Source of the DNA: Botryllus schlosseri
Lineage: Eukaryota
Assembly (NCBI GenBank): GCA_051294905.1
Contig: CM119372.1
Location: 37,450,001-37,514,000, forward strand
Direction of reading: 5' to 3'
Length of the DNA: 64,000 nucleotides
Of the stretch, positions 14,111 to 26,382 are shown piece after piece (the first letter of the stretch is position 1; every line of letters begins with the position of its first letter). The notes beneath the pieces are model-generated. The model did not search any database. It was not told where the DNA came from and worked only from the letters and a program-made list of their open reading frames with translations. The position numbers and the translations under genes are program-made.

Positions 14111-17100
14111 CAACACGTCATTGCGGATGTACTCAGAGGGCAGACAGGACGTCCCTAGTTGTCGACAAACTCACTCCAGGGAGGTGACGGCCGTAAGTTA
14201 CCGGACGTCCTGCCGGCAATTCAACCGGAAGTCAACTGGACATCGAGTGTTTGCTGGGTATGTATTTATACGAGGCGTGGCATATCACATTCCATACTTT
14301 CGCCAGAAATAATCTACGTCAGCAACTCCTTGTTGTTAGAAAGTGCTTCATGGACCTTACGACATCTCAGGTCTAGGTTCACCTTTACTCAAGGCCGAAA
14401 CAGCACTTTGTCAGCCCCCCTAAAAAACCTTGGTCTTGACCCCCATAAAATAGGGTGATAAACCAAACTTCTTCACCTCGTTGAGATTGGAGGCGCCAAC
14501 TAAGATGAAAAAAGTTTATACAAAATCATTTTTGAGCGTACGTAGCAAGAACTCCAGTAACTTATTTACGATGTTGAAATCGGGAAATATTGCCGATTTT
14601 CAGACTTTGAGGTGTATTCCATTGCCCTGATTACATTTTAATGTGTATTTTTTGGAATCAGTGCGACATTAGCTTTCAAGTAAAATGAACATTATTGAAT
14701 TTAAGCACGCGGGTCGTCAGCTATGGGATTAGCAATTATGTTACGTTCAGATTGCTGAGCAGTAATTTCCTCCGCACAAGAAAGGGTAACGACGGGTGTT
14801 GCGTAGGCCTATCTATCCGTAGGTACGTTACCTATAGCTAGATACCTTTGAATTCTCTCTCATAATCGTCACGAAAAACGTTCTTACGTCAGCTCACTTT
14901 AACTAATCAGATTTAGCCTTATTAGTAGGTAAAACTATTTGCGCAAGTGCAATATAATGTGGAAAAATTTATCAATGATTTATAGTTTCACTACTTTTTA
15001 ACCAATGTGTCGACTGCACTGCTTTTTTACCACGCAATAAATGCTGCCTTCCCCACACTTGAGCTTAATATGCTGTAGACCAAACAGCAGGAACCTGGTA
15101 CTGCTGTTTACTGCTAAAGTGACGTCCGCTTCTGTAGCTTGGTACAGACGAAACTGCTATACCACCACTCATTGCCCTAGCTTCACCACTTCGAAGTCAA
15201 ATCTTATGGCGTGTACGTCACGAGAGTTCCTTTCATTTCATGATGTCATAAAACCTCGCCGCAAAAGCATAATTTTAGAATGTTATGCAACACAGATATA
15301 CCTGAGGAAAACGATCGAAGTTCTGTATGTGGTGGAAAATAAGACAAAATAAGGACGCAAGTCGAAAATAAGGACGTTTCTTAGAAATAAGGACAGTTGA
15401 GTTTTCTAAGACGTGGCCCTTCAAAATAAGGACAAATCTTAGAAATAAGGACGGTATGGCAACCCTGTTTATAACTCTGTTTGGTGATATCGAATGGTTC
15501 GCATTGATAATATACTAATTTTTCCCACTTATAACTGTTTCTGGTCGCATTTTCAAGTACCAGTACCAATATACGAAATCCCTATAGGTTGGTTACTTTA
15601 CTGTTCTTCGAAATGACAATGAAATGTCGGTCTTGGCCGTCTGAGTCTCGAGTCATATAACTTGGTTCGAGTCATGCGCAATGACTCGAGTCCAAGTCGA
15701 GTCAATACACAGGTTGACTCGAGTCGAGTCGAGTCATTTCCGTATTTTGAGATAATGACTCGAGTCAAGTCGAGTCATCAGAATATCGTGACTCGAGTCT
15801 GACTCGAGTCGAGTCATGAGTCGAGCCATTACAACCCTGGTAATCGGTTGGTTGTACGACTGGTTGTAATCATAGAAACAACAGTTTAGGATTTTATGGC
15901 TCGGCTTTGTGAAATATATACTTCAATTTAGTCTTTCACCAACTAACGTGGGTTAAATGTAAATTCTTTATTTGAGAACATCGAGTACTTATTTGTTTGC
16001 TAAATATATCGAGTCCAATTTATATATTATGTCTTTTTTCTGTCTCGAATCTATAAATAGGGAGATATGTTTGTATGCTTATGCCTGCGAGGAGTTCTTT
16101 CTTTTTAGCAAATATAGCGGTGCCAGTCAGAAGTTTTTGAATACCATTAGCATTTAATGTATTACTCAGTACGTACGTAATCATTCATACAACGACTGTA
16201 ACCGCATTTTGTAAAGCCATAGAGGCATCGGACCTCCTAGTGCCAAAGCCGGCCATTGTCTTCCACTTTTGTGTAAGTGCTTCTGCACTCTTGGTTTTGC
16301 TTGACTCTAAGCCAGTGGTTCCCAACGTGGGCGATATCGCCCCCCAGGGGGCGATTTGGCGGTCTAGGGGGGCGAAAATGACGAAAGGGGGCGATAGGGG
16401 GCGAAAATGGACAAAGGGGGCGATAAGGGGGCGATGACGCGTTAAAACGGCTATATTGGAGTCAAGACGAAGAAATGACCTTTTTTTTTCAGTCAACCCA
16501 CGAAAATTTGGTTGCAAAAGTGTAAAACTCGACATCTGCAATGTCTCTCGATCCATTATTTGCTGGAGGATTGTATGCATATTCTTCTGACAGTGAGACA
16601 GATACACGATAGGCGACGATATTAAATGCCAGTTAGTATCAATGGTACCAGTAATCAGGCTCAGGCCCGCAGTTAAATACCTGATCCATGGTCGCGTATA
16701 CAATTCATAGTAAACACAGATTACTAAAACATGACCGTTGTTTAAAGCGTGTTTTACTGTTCTTTTGCTTCATTGTTACTTTAGATATGACCACAAATGC
16801 ACGAAAATTATCTGAAATCAAAGTATTTGCCTCAGTTGTGTGAATGTTCACGACATGGAATGCCTAAATATCTATCATGTTTATATAATAGCTAAGTTCA
16901 TAGGTTCGGTGTACTTGTATTGAGCAAATATGTTCACATGACAAAATCACTAAGAGACATCTATACACGTCAGACTGAGTTGCATTAAGCAGCAATTGCT
17001 CGTTTCACACATTATATTCAATGTTTTCCTCTACAGGTCCTCTTGTATTTTGACCTGAAGAGTCACAACAGGCATAATGTAGGCTACATTCGAAATGTGT

Positions 17101-17529
17101 CACAATGAAATGCAGGTGCATCAAAACTATGCGCGCCAAAGCTGAGTCCAGTGGCTGCTCGTCCTATAGGGCAACTGGGGCATTGCCCTACCTAAAATTA
17201 TGTTCCATAACAATTCTTTACCATTTATAGACGCATAGCAATCCATATATACCGAAATCACAGCGAAAACCGTATTCTTCGTATCCTTTCGCTTGTAAAA
17301 TGCCCATATATTGCGAAGTATCTGCGAAAATCGAATTCTCTTCCGTGTTTTCGCTTTGCGAATGCCTAGCCGGGGCATGCCCCGGTAGCGCTCATAACAA
17401 GCGTTCACTGTCTATTCTCTCAAAGCCGCGCACAATAAAGAAACAGTGATTTACTCTCTCCTATTCATAAAATTGCCGAGCAAGTGGGGCACAATAGGTC
17501 TGTGCCCCTAAGGTGTGATGTAACAATCG

Positions 17530-19050
17530 TATCTATATCTGAACTCGGTTACCGTCATATGCGTTTAGTCGACCTTTGCTGGTATAGGTCGATTTTGATG
17601 GTGTTTCACACCATGATAATTTTTGAAACTTGGTATGTCATGTCGTGATGGTGGTATTTGACACTGTCTCAAGATTCAGGGTTTCTACTTAAAGTTTAGG
17701 GTAGTAATTCCGTTTCCGAAGTTGAGTGTGTGTTGATCCGTCATGCATCGCGAACAGATTTTACTCAAAAGCCGGTATTGGTATCCATTGATTTTGACGA
17801 TGTTCCATACCGAGATCGGTCATGACATTTGGTACGGTAAGTCTTAATGTTAGTATCGAGCGCTGTACCAAGTTTCAAGTTTGTCACTGAACTATATTAG
17901 TGGTAATTTCGTTTCCTAAGTCGAGTGAGAGCTGACTCGTCATTTATCGCAAACATATTTTACGCAAAGCCGGTATTGGTCTATATTGATTTTAACGATG
18001 CTCCTTACCTAGATCCGTCATGAGTAGGGCAAGTTTTTGTTGCAGTTAAATCCGTGGAAACTTGCATTTATTTATTTATTTTTGAAGAAAGTTGCAAAAG
18101 TTGCATTTAGACCACATTTTGCTCGGTTGACTAAAAAAAAGGGGGGCCAATTTTCCGGCTCAGCTCCCGAAATACCCGTAAAATCGTTACTTCGGTGCTG
18201 TTTTACGGAATTTCAGTCGAATTTGGCCGTGCATTTCACCAAAATCGAAAATACTTTCATGAAAAATCGAAAAAGTTGCAAAATGTTTCAAAAAGTTGCA
18301 TGAAAAAAATGGACAAAAGTTGCACTATAAGATTCCTTCAAACAGCTTAAACCAGCATTCTACATATCTTACGAGTATGTAGGAAGCTGCCGGAAGCTGT
18401 AAAAAAAAGTTGCAAAAGTTGCAAAAACTTGCCATATGAGCTTTTGCATCGTATGTCTTGATTTTAGTATCGAACGCTGTGCCAAGTCTCAAGGTTGGCA
18501 CTCGATGATTAGGGCGGCAATTTCGTTATCAAGGTCGAGTATGGTAGAGATGTGCGCTGATCTGACACTTAGCCTACCTAACGCATTGCGAATTTCACGC
18601 AAAAGCCGGTGTATCTGTGTTAACGCTAACTGTGTTCTATACTGAGATATGTGATGAGATGATGATATCATGAAACAGTTTACTAACATTCTCGGTTTGC
18701 ATTGAAATATTTACTTTCATTTTATATTCTCCAATGTCAATTTCACCGTGAGATTGTGGCCTTCAGGCCATTTGCTTACAATTACAACCCCTGTCAAGCG
18801 CGATAGCTGTTTCGTTTTCGATGGCGGCTAACAGCTGATCACTTGATCAGCCTATTCCTCAGTAAATTTTACGCAAAATTCGGTGTTGGTCTGTTCGTAT
18901 TAATTTTGACAGTGTACCATACCGAAAACGGTCATGAGGCTACTTCTCGATGATTTCATGTAATAGTGTACCAAGTTTTCGGCTTTCATCCACGTATCTA
19001 TTCGGTAATATATTTTGGAAAGGCGATTTTGCAGCAGACAGACACTATAG
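17530..19050. repeat. degenerate 200-bp-scale tandem repeat interrupted by MITEs
   Basis: TTTTAC(G/T)CAAAAGCCGGT-like motif recurs near 17760, 17958, 18592 and 18867. Confidence 0.55.
18025..18433. mobile_element. hAT MITE, AAAGTTGCA family
   Basis: TAGGGCAAGTTTTTG ... CAAAAACTTGCC. Confidence 0.75.
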
Positions 19051-19076
19051 ACCGTAAGCCGTATGTGTCGTGTGAC

Positions 19077-19663
19077 TATAGAATGTAAACGTGGAATGGC
19101 AGCGACCAATTTTGCAGCTTCGTTCCGCTTCGCTGAAGCTTTACTCAGACTTATTTTACGGCAGCTACTGTAGAATTTCTGGCAATCCAAAAGTTGTCTT
19201 CCAGAGCTCAGAATTTACTGAATCCGGTCTTCATCGAAAGCTACTGTCGCACTGATTTCGAAAATATCAACCAAAATATGGTGAAGCACCGTACTGAGAT
19301 AAAAAACCACCCTCAACATCTAAAATCTGCATTGTTCAGAACAATCGGATGACTGCAAAACAATGACCATAACAATGACCCATTGCGGCTCTTCCATTGT
19401 TCGGACAATGCCGATAATTCAGACTTGGAGGGCGAATTCTATGCGGTTCAGTGCCTGATCATATTTTTATTTACATATTCGGAATCAGTGCGACAGTAGC
19501 TTTCGATCAAGACCAGATTCAGTAAATTCTGAGCTCTGGAAGACAACTTTTGGATTGCCAGAAATCCTACAGTAGCTGCCGTAAAATAAGTCTGAGTAAA
19601 GCTTCAGCGAAGCGGAACGAAGCTGCAAAATCGGTCGCTGCCATTCCACGTTTACATTCTATA
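19077..19663. mobile_element. P/Galileo-like foldback MITE
   Basis: About 190-bp near-perfect TIRs starting TATAGAATG, perfect 7-bp TSD GTGTGAC. Confidence 0.85.
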
Positions 19664-20199
19664 GTGTGACAGTCTCCAGTTTCAAGGCCAAAATCTCCTA
19701 TGCTGTATCGGGACCGAATTTCCGAGGCTGCTATCCGTAGTTCTTCAGAATGATGTTTGGGATTCAATATGACATGCCCAATCTATGAGATAACAATTGC
19801 GTATGTGTCCGAACTCGTTGACTTTTTCAGTTAGGCTTACGCAATCTCTCGAGTTATAGTCATTTCCATTTCTGCAGATAAGTAGTCAGGTCAAGTGCGA
19901 ACATGAACCGTGTCGAATCTTTGTTCCGTACGCCGTTTACGCAGTTACCACACTTCAGGTCACAGCTCACCGGCAGACCTCTCGCGGTACATACGTTAAA
20001 ATCACTGTTGTCGGGAAGTTCATGTTACCGTACCATCAAGTTACTTGTTTACGTTAGAAAACGCCATTGTGACGTCATCCTGATAAAAAGTCGCTTGCAG
20101 CCCTTTCCCCACCACCCGATATTGTCACGAGCCGCCACTGGCTGAGTCCATGCTCTATCTGGACAAATAAGTGCGTGTCGTTGGTTGGATTCATACGTA

Positions 20200-21321
20200 G
20201 TCAACGAATGACCCTAGCGTCGCACCTGTTCATCAGCTCAGTGACCCAGTGAAGAGATTCAATAACATTATTAGAGGGCTGTATTTCATCAACTGCTGGC
20301 ATTGAAATGTTATCTCCAATTTCGACTTTACCAATTACTATCCGATTCGCCAAGGGATCAGGAATCCCATTCAGTCTTTGGTCTTGTATGTTCACTGTAG
20401 ATAAAAATGAGACATATTATTACACAGTAGATAGTGCATATTTGCAGACCACCAAATGGAAAGCCAATTGGAACGGTTTGCAGACTTATACAAACTACTG
20501 CAATATGCGCAGCTGAAACCAGAACTAGAAGGATGGATAGTTTGTTCACTGTCAAATATAACTAGAGTGGTAGTTGTGTATGTCTGATGGTATGGGATTA
20601 AAGTCGCTTAGATCAGTCGTAAAGTCTCGCATGAATGTAACCGTGCACTGTAGTTGGGTCTCTCAAGTTTTCCGCACCTTGCGCGATTCGAAAACGACTG
20701 GGCCTTTCATTTTGAAAATCGTTTTCGCGAAAGCGATGCGTATTGCGCACGTCAATAGATTTTCATGCATAACTCTCCGTAGACATATCCGATTCTGAAT
20801 GAACTGGTGATCCATGTATTTTATGTTATAATTGGTGAATTATCTTCTCTGTATGTCACGATGAGAAAGAGTATCTACGGCTTGAATAGAAAAGGTTAAC
20901 TTTTCTCGCTGATCATTCGACAAATTGTGAGATCGAATATTTTGAGGTGGACGATGTCGGATACAACAATTTGTCGAGTGATATTGGTTGCCGGCGCGAC
21001 AAAACTTTGTGTTACTATAGAAATTCTATAAGTACAGATATGATTTGTCCGATGCAGACCCCTCAATAACCTGAAGGTGACGTATTTCTATATAATAAAA
21101 ACATCGAGGATATTCGACTGATAAATAAGCAACCACCATCAGGCAAAATTTGACATCGGTTTTGGGATTGCAGAAAGGGGTTCCGAACCACTGGATACGC
21201 GTGTATACGACCCCTTGGACACATTCCTACCCCGTCGATGCGCACTCGTCGTGGTCACGCACTGACATTTACCAGATGCCGCAGGAATAGTGATTCCAGG
21301 CGTTATCAAAATTTGCAATAA
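20200..21321 (+). pseudogene. decayed FGF-like gene remnant F1
   Basis: Fragments across frames: SGSCVCL (20566-20586), LNRKG*LF (20882), NCEIEYFEVDD, GYACIRPLGHIPTPSMRTRRGHALTFT (21193 on). The last resembles the FGF C-terminal YxxxxxxGxxxxxxRTxxxxxxTxF pattern. Stops and frameshifts present. Confidence 0.4.
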
Positions 21322-21569
21322 AGTTGCAGGCAGGTCCGTAACCACCGCACCCAAAACCCCCCCAAAAAAATATTTCGCGAATCAATATAAATTATTTAGT
21401 ATTTATACAGTTTCAATATATTCTTCGTGCTTCGTGCAATTTAATGATATGAAATATTTCGTTTTTAATATTGGCAGTGGGCACCATGCATACAAAATGA
21501 GTATCATTATTTAAAAATATACACATTTCGACACTCTAAGACTTACGACGTTTCATTCAGCAAGCCACT

Positions 21570-22308
21570 TCGTGGAATCTGTTACCAAATAAGCCTTGTT
21601 GTTGCTGTTTTCATATTGACGGTATTTCGACTACTATGGTCATTTTACAGCGGGCCCATATTTATTCACATATGATTGTTGATATGCCGACTTGTGACGC
21701 GGCCCACTTTTGCCATGTATACAAACAGTTTACAACCTACTCCAGAGTAATAATATCACCCCGAACTAGAATACGTCAAACCATTACTGTCTATCTTTAA
21801 ATGATAGTAAAAAAATTCCCCCACGCGATAAACGAGTTGCATAGAGGTTTAAAGCATAGAGTTTTAAGGAGCTGAGAACGTTCGTATGCTGAAAAAGTTG
21901 ACAGGAAAATGGCAGATGACCACCTAGAAAAAACGGAATAAAATAAAATATTTGAAAAATTCGAATTTTGACATATTTTACTTCGCAATTCCGGAGATTT
22001 AGGCATATTTTAGGATTTCCTCGCGGACGAATGGCAATTTTAAAGACAGCTATAATTAACATCGATGTACTTTGAAATACCATTCTGTTCGCTACCAAGG
22101 AGCTGGTATAGAGAACACTATCAATGCAAAGGCAACTGTATCGTTGTATCGAAGGCTGCGCTCTATAATATCTCCAGTATAGATATACTGACCTTGATTG
22201 ATGCCCGTACAAATAGCTGAAATCGACCGGAATTGGCTTGTCCTCCGACAAGGCAAAGCCCAACAATCCCAATAAGCACAAGAGCATGAATGTCGATGTC
22301 AGGTTCAT
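21570..22308 (-). pseudogene. signal-peptide ORF, FGF-like family member F2 (174-aa open frame 22308-21784, C-terminal part appears frameshifted)
   Basis: MNLTSTFMLLCLLGLLGFALS leader; SCLCID and NCEVKYV match F1 SCVCL and NCEIEYF; downstream out-of-frame VNKYG..SKYRQ; shares ATCAGCATGAAC start context with F9. Confidence 0.45.
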
Positions 22309-25257
22309 GCTGATCGTCGGGTTCAATGCAATCTCTCGATGGCGACATTGTTTCCGCCGTTATTTGTATGTGGCAGTTCCACCCCTGGGGCCATGTATTA
22401 CGGCGGAATGGAAATTAGGCAAATCAGGCTACAACTTAACAGTGAGTTTTACGACTCAGTAGTAATATGTTACCTAGTGTCTCTATAAATTAGTTTGACT
22501 AGAATTAGTACAAGATAGTGGCATCGCGCCTCAGATAGCACAATCTAATTATCTTTTCGTGTATGTTTATGAGTGTAACGTCAATTAAATTATCACTTTT
22601 ATACGCGTGGCGCGCTATTATGACACCGCATCAACAATCATATTACCAAGTATTTATCAATCATCAGCTGTATTTATCTTCCACTTGATACTAGTTATTG
22701 TACCCGTTGGATAAACTAAAATTAGATGGGACTTGACCTGTCCCAGTAATCCTTTGTTATGCGACCACGAGGTACGTAACATCGGTTCCAGGTGTGTATA
22801 AAAGTTATTTCAAATTTTCTGACAGTAAAATGAGATTGTGTTTTGTGACAACCCTGCAGGTAGAGCACTACGTGACATAAATGTCCTCTCCATGAACGAT
22901 GATAGTACTGTGTATTGCATGTATCGCTGTTGCTCCGTAATCCGGCAACGTGCGCAGCGCAATGCGCCGTGTTAGTAGCCCATATCGAGGTGACTGCACA
23001 CTTGCAGAGTACACACTGACAAGTCATATTGCGATACAATTCAGGAGTACGCATTTATCACGCATCCAATAATTAAGACGAAAAAAAATCATCACATGTA
23101 CTGTTCAGTAATCGCCAGAGGGGGATACTGGACGGTTACGTGCTTGCACGTTTTCGTAATATCGAGTTTAGTTTTAGCAATACTTACACTATTTATGCAA
23201 GTGGCTATATTATTAAACTATACTTCCATTCCTACTTACAACAGTTTTTAGGCAGTGGTTTTTAATTTTCACACTATCACGTTGGAAAAGTATAACGTAG
23301 TTCAAGGATTGGTTAGCGTCACATTAATATGGGAAATCGTCATAAGAACCGCAGGAAATACAGCCATCACCACAACAGATTAATAGACTTTGGAAAATAG
23401 TAATTATTTAAAATTTCCCATAGTCATTTTGATTTAAAGTCAGTTGCGAAGATACATCTTGCCATTTCGAAAGTAGGCACCGCATATCAACTTCAAAAAA
23501 TATGCGAGCCCTCGATTAAGAAGAGTACTTTTTAAAAATACATGCTTGAGTGCTTTTCAGGCATTCCTTTCTACTTCTACATGCAGTAGTTTCAAGCCGT
23601 TTTATGAATCGCTACCATGTTGCTGCATTTCCTGATTAACGAGTAACGATTACGCACAACCATGAATTTAAATTCAAATTCACAAAAACACGATATCTAC
23701 ACTCGGGATCCCATTAAAGGACTGTCGCGAAAATGGATCATATTATTGCGAACGCAATGATAATAATAAAATCAATTTATGAAAAGACAACATGTATATG
23801 CTGTTCAAATCGAGACAGGAGGTAGTGTTTCTCAATGTTGAATTCGACGTCAATGTCGCGTTTTTCCTCGCTCGTCGCTACGCCTGAATTAAGTGATGCG
23901 TAATTGTGCATTGCGCACATGTAATCGGCTGTAAATTTGCATATAGGCAGCCTAACTGACGCGCATAATGCCTTTACATGTGAGAAGATTCGCTATATCA
24001 AATTTTGTATCCATAATGATGCGAAATGCATACAGGTCATGTTATCAAAGTGCACAAATTGCCGGCTGGGTTGCTCTGATGCCGAAATCGTGACTATACC
24101 CAGTTGGTAGCATTCAAATTTTTTTTATGAAGTGTCGTTTTACTAAGAAAAATAAAAGGCCGTGCATCAGCAGAGTGAAGAGCAGTTACTGTGACAAATA
24201 TACACAAAAATACATAAATGTGTCAAGGGGAAATGCAATTTCCGAACTAACGTACAATGCACTGTTTCACACAATATAGATTAGCTGCGCGAGTAGGGGC
24301 GTTGACTTTTTTCATGCTAAGAGTTCATGGTTAATGTTATTTAGAACTATTTTATACCGATTTTCAGAATTTAGTATAGCGCAGTGTACTTCTCAAGTTG
24401 TCGTGTCGCATGATTAAATCTCGGGCAACCAGAACCCCTATTCCGGGCCGCAGAGTGACCTTTATCTGATTGGAGCTCTACCATATATGGTGTTCTATTA
24501 AGTACAGCGTACTGAACTACTAGAAAGTAATAACTAAGTCCGTGGTTCTCAACCGGGGGTCCGCGAAACCACCAAATTAGGAAAATTGTTGACAACTTAA
24601 TTTGTATGTTATTAATTAGAGAACTCACGGGGACTCAAGACTAGTGACGATAAGACTCAAATTTATAAACAGAATGGCTGTCTGAGATGAAATATTATAT
24701 ATACTAAGGTAACTCATTTTAATTGCCATTAGCCTACTGAAACAAACAAATTCCTTTTCAGATAAGTTTTGATGGGGTTTTCAAAATAAATGTTTGCAAA
24801 TGCTCATTTACTTCTATGATATCAATAACCACTATATCAGAATATCTACAAGATGAGCTAGTAAACAGAAACGACTAAGCTGGACGTTATATGTTTCGTT
24901 TCTCCATTTTGGTGCGACATCATACCGAAAATTGTCATCTGAAGCGTAACGGGTGATTATAACATTTGCAGAACGAGATTTTCGGCATCCGTTCATATCA
25001 AATCGGCGGCGAGGATTTTCAAGACACGACTACGTATTTCAAGACGGGCAGCTACAGAATTCGCTACAATAAGTTTTCCTAATTTTAACATAAATAGTAC
25101 GATGTTTGTCATTTTGTTGCTAGTTATCAATAGCCTACAGTGAAAAGTTTCACAAGGCAGATGATGTTTGCAACATAATTGAGTGACTGTCCAAAGGGTG
25201 TCCGCGAAGACAAAACGGTGGAGCACTACTGATCTATATATTGTGGTGGGTAATTAC

Positions 25258-26136
25258 TAGGGCAAGTTTTTGTTGCACTAAAATCGCGAGAAAGTTGCAC
25301 ATAATTTTGACAAAGGTTGCAGTCAAAAGTTGCATTTATAATTTTTGTTGAATTAGTAGGGTATGAGATACTCGAATGGTTCCGTTGTATAATCTAGTTC
25401 TTGTAGAGCTGTGAAATTTGTTACTTTGCCATTTCACGGACATCCTGGCGAGACCGCCAAAAATTATATTTTTCCCGGTACACAGCAAGAAATTCACACA
25501 ATGCGGGAATAACTTTCCCTTAAAAAAGCCAAACACCATAGCGATAACCCCCTCCCCTTAAAACAAGTCAAATAACACACCCACCCCAAACCACCCAGGT
25601 TTGCAAACTTGACCCAAGGCGTTGCAGAAAAACTCACTATTGGTTACTTTAACAAAATCAGTAGCCTGAATAAGTTGACCCAGTGAAAATGTAATTTTCG
25701 ACGGTCTCGCCTGGGCGTTCATGAAATGCGAAACGATCTTAAATTTAAACGACAGAATTAATAAAGCGATCTATTTACATATTATTCGGACATGGTTGTG
25801 CTTGGCAGGGGTAGATGAACTTCTTGCTTGCGAGCCCTCGTGTCAAATATAACACAGTGAGATGCTGCTAACCCGTCATATAGCTCTTTGTTATGCAAAT
25901 CAAAGAGAATAGAACCATACTAGAAATAGTTTATAGCATGTTTTTAATTCATTCCTTCACCTTTTGACGCAATATTTGAAAAGAGTTGCAGTAAAAATTG
26001 GTATGAAAAATAGAGAAAAGTTGCAAAAAGTTGCGCTATAAAATCACTCCAAACAGCCTAAAACATCAGAGTACATAGATTCTGGGTATCTAGGAAGCTG
26101 TAAAAAAAGTTGCAAAAGTTGCAAAAACTTACCCTA
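25258..26136. mobile_element. hAT MITE, AAAGTTGCA family
   Basis: TIR TAGGG(C/T)AAGTTTTTG, TSD GTAATTAC/GTAATTAT. Confidence 0.85.
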
Positions 26137-26309
26137 GTAATTATTCAATTGCAAGTCACGTGGAAATGTTAAAATAATCCCTACTCCATGTGTATAGGAA
26201 ACGAATTGAACACTCGATGCTACTATGAATCTAGCATGAATATTATGCGTGACAAGATGCTGTAATCACGTACTCATCAATACTACACAAAACGAATCAT
26301 TGCTTGCTT

Positions 26310-26315
26310 TTTATT
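26310..26315 (-). promoter_or_regulatory. polyadenylation signal
   Basis: AATAAA on minus strand about 70 nt after the stop codon. Confidence 0.6.
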
Positions 26316-26382
26316 TGTGAATTGCATTCAAAACGATAACAAAATTACAAAACTCAATATTGCACTGAATATATTAAGCGAT

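Larger units (their letters stand above)
4751..14258. mobile_element. 9.5-kb CACTA/EnSpm-like DNA transposon, degenerate, carrying many nested MITEs
   Basis: About 35-bp imperfect TIRs CCCAGCAAACAC(C/T)CGAT(A/G)TCC, TA flanks on both sides, subterminal ACGTCCACAGGGAGTG repeat array at 13875-14110. Confidence 0.7.
4669..15467. mobile_element. hAT-like element (CAGGGTTGCCAT TIR, AATAAGGAC subterminal repeats) hosting the CACTA element
   Basis: CAGGGTTGCCAT at 4669 and ATGGCAACCCTG ending at 15467; flanks only 6/8 similar. Confidence 0.55.

Noticed and set aside
16185..16703. 172-aa ORF
   Set aside because: Spans the GGGGCGA-repeat end of a CAGTGGTTCCCAA MITE; no recognisable domain.
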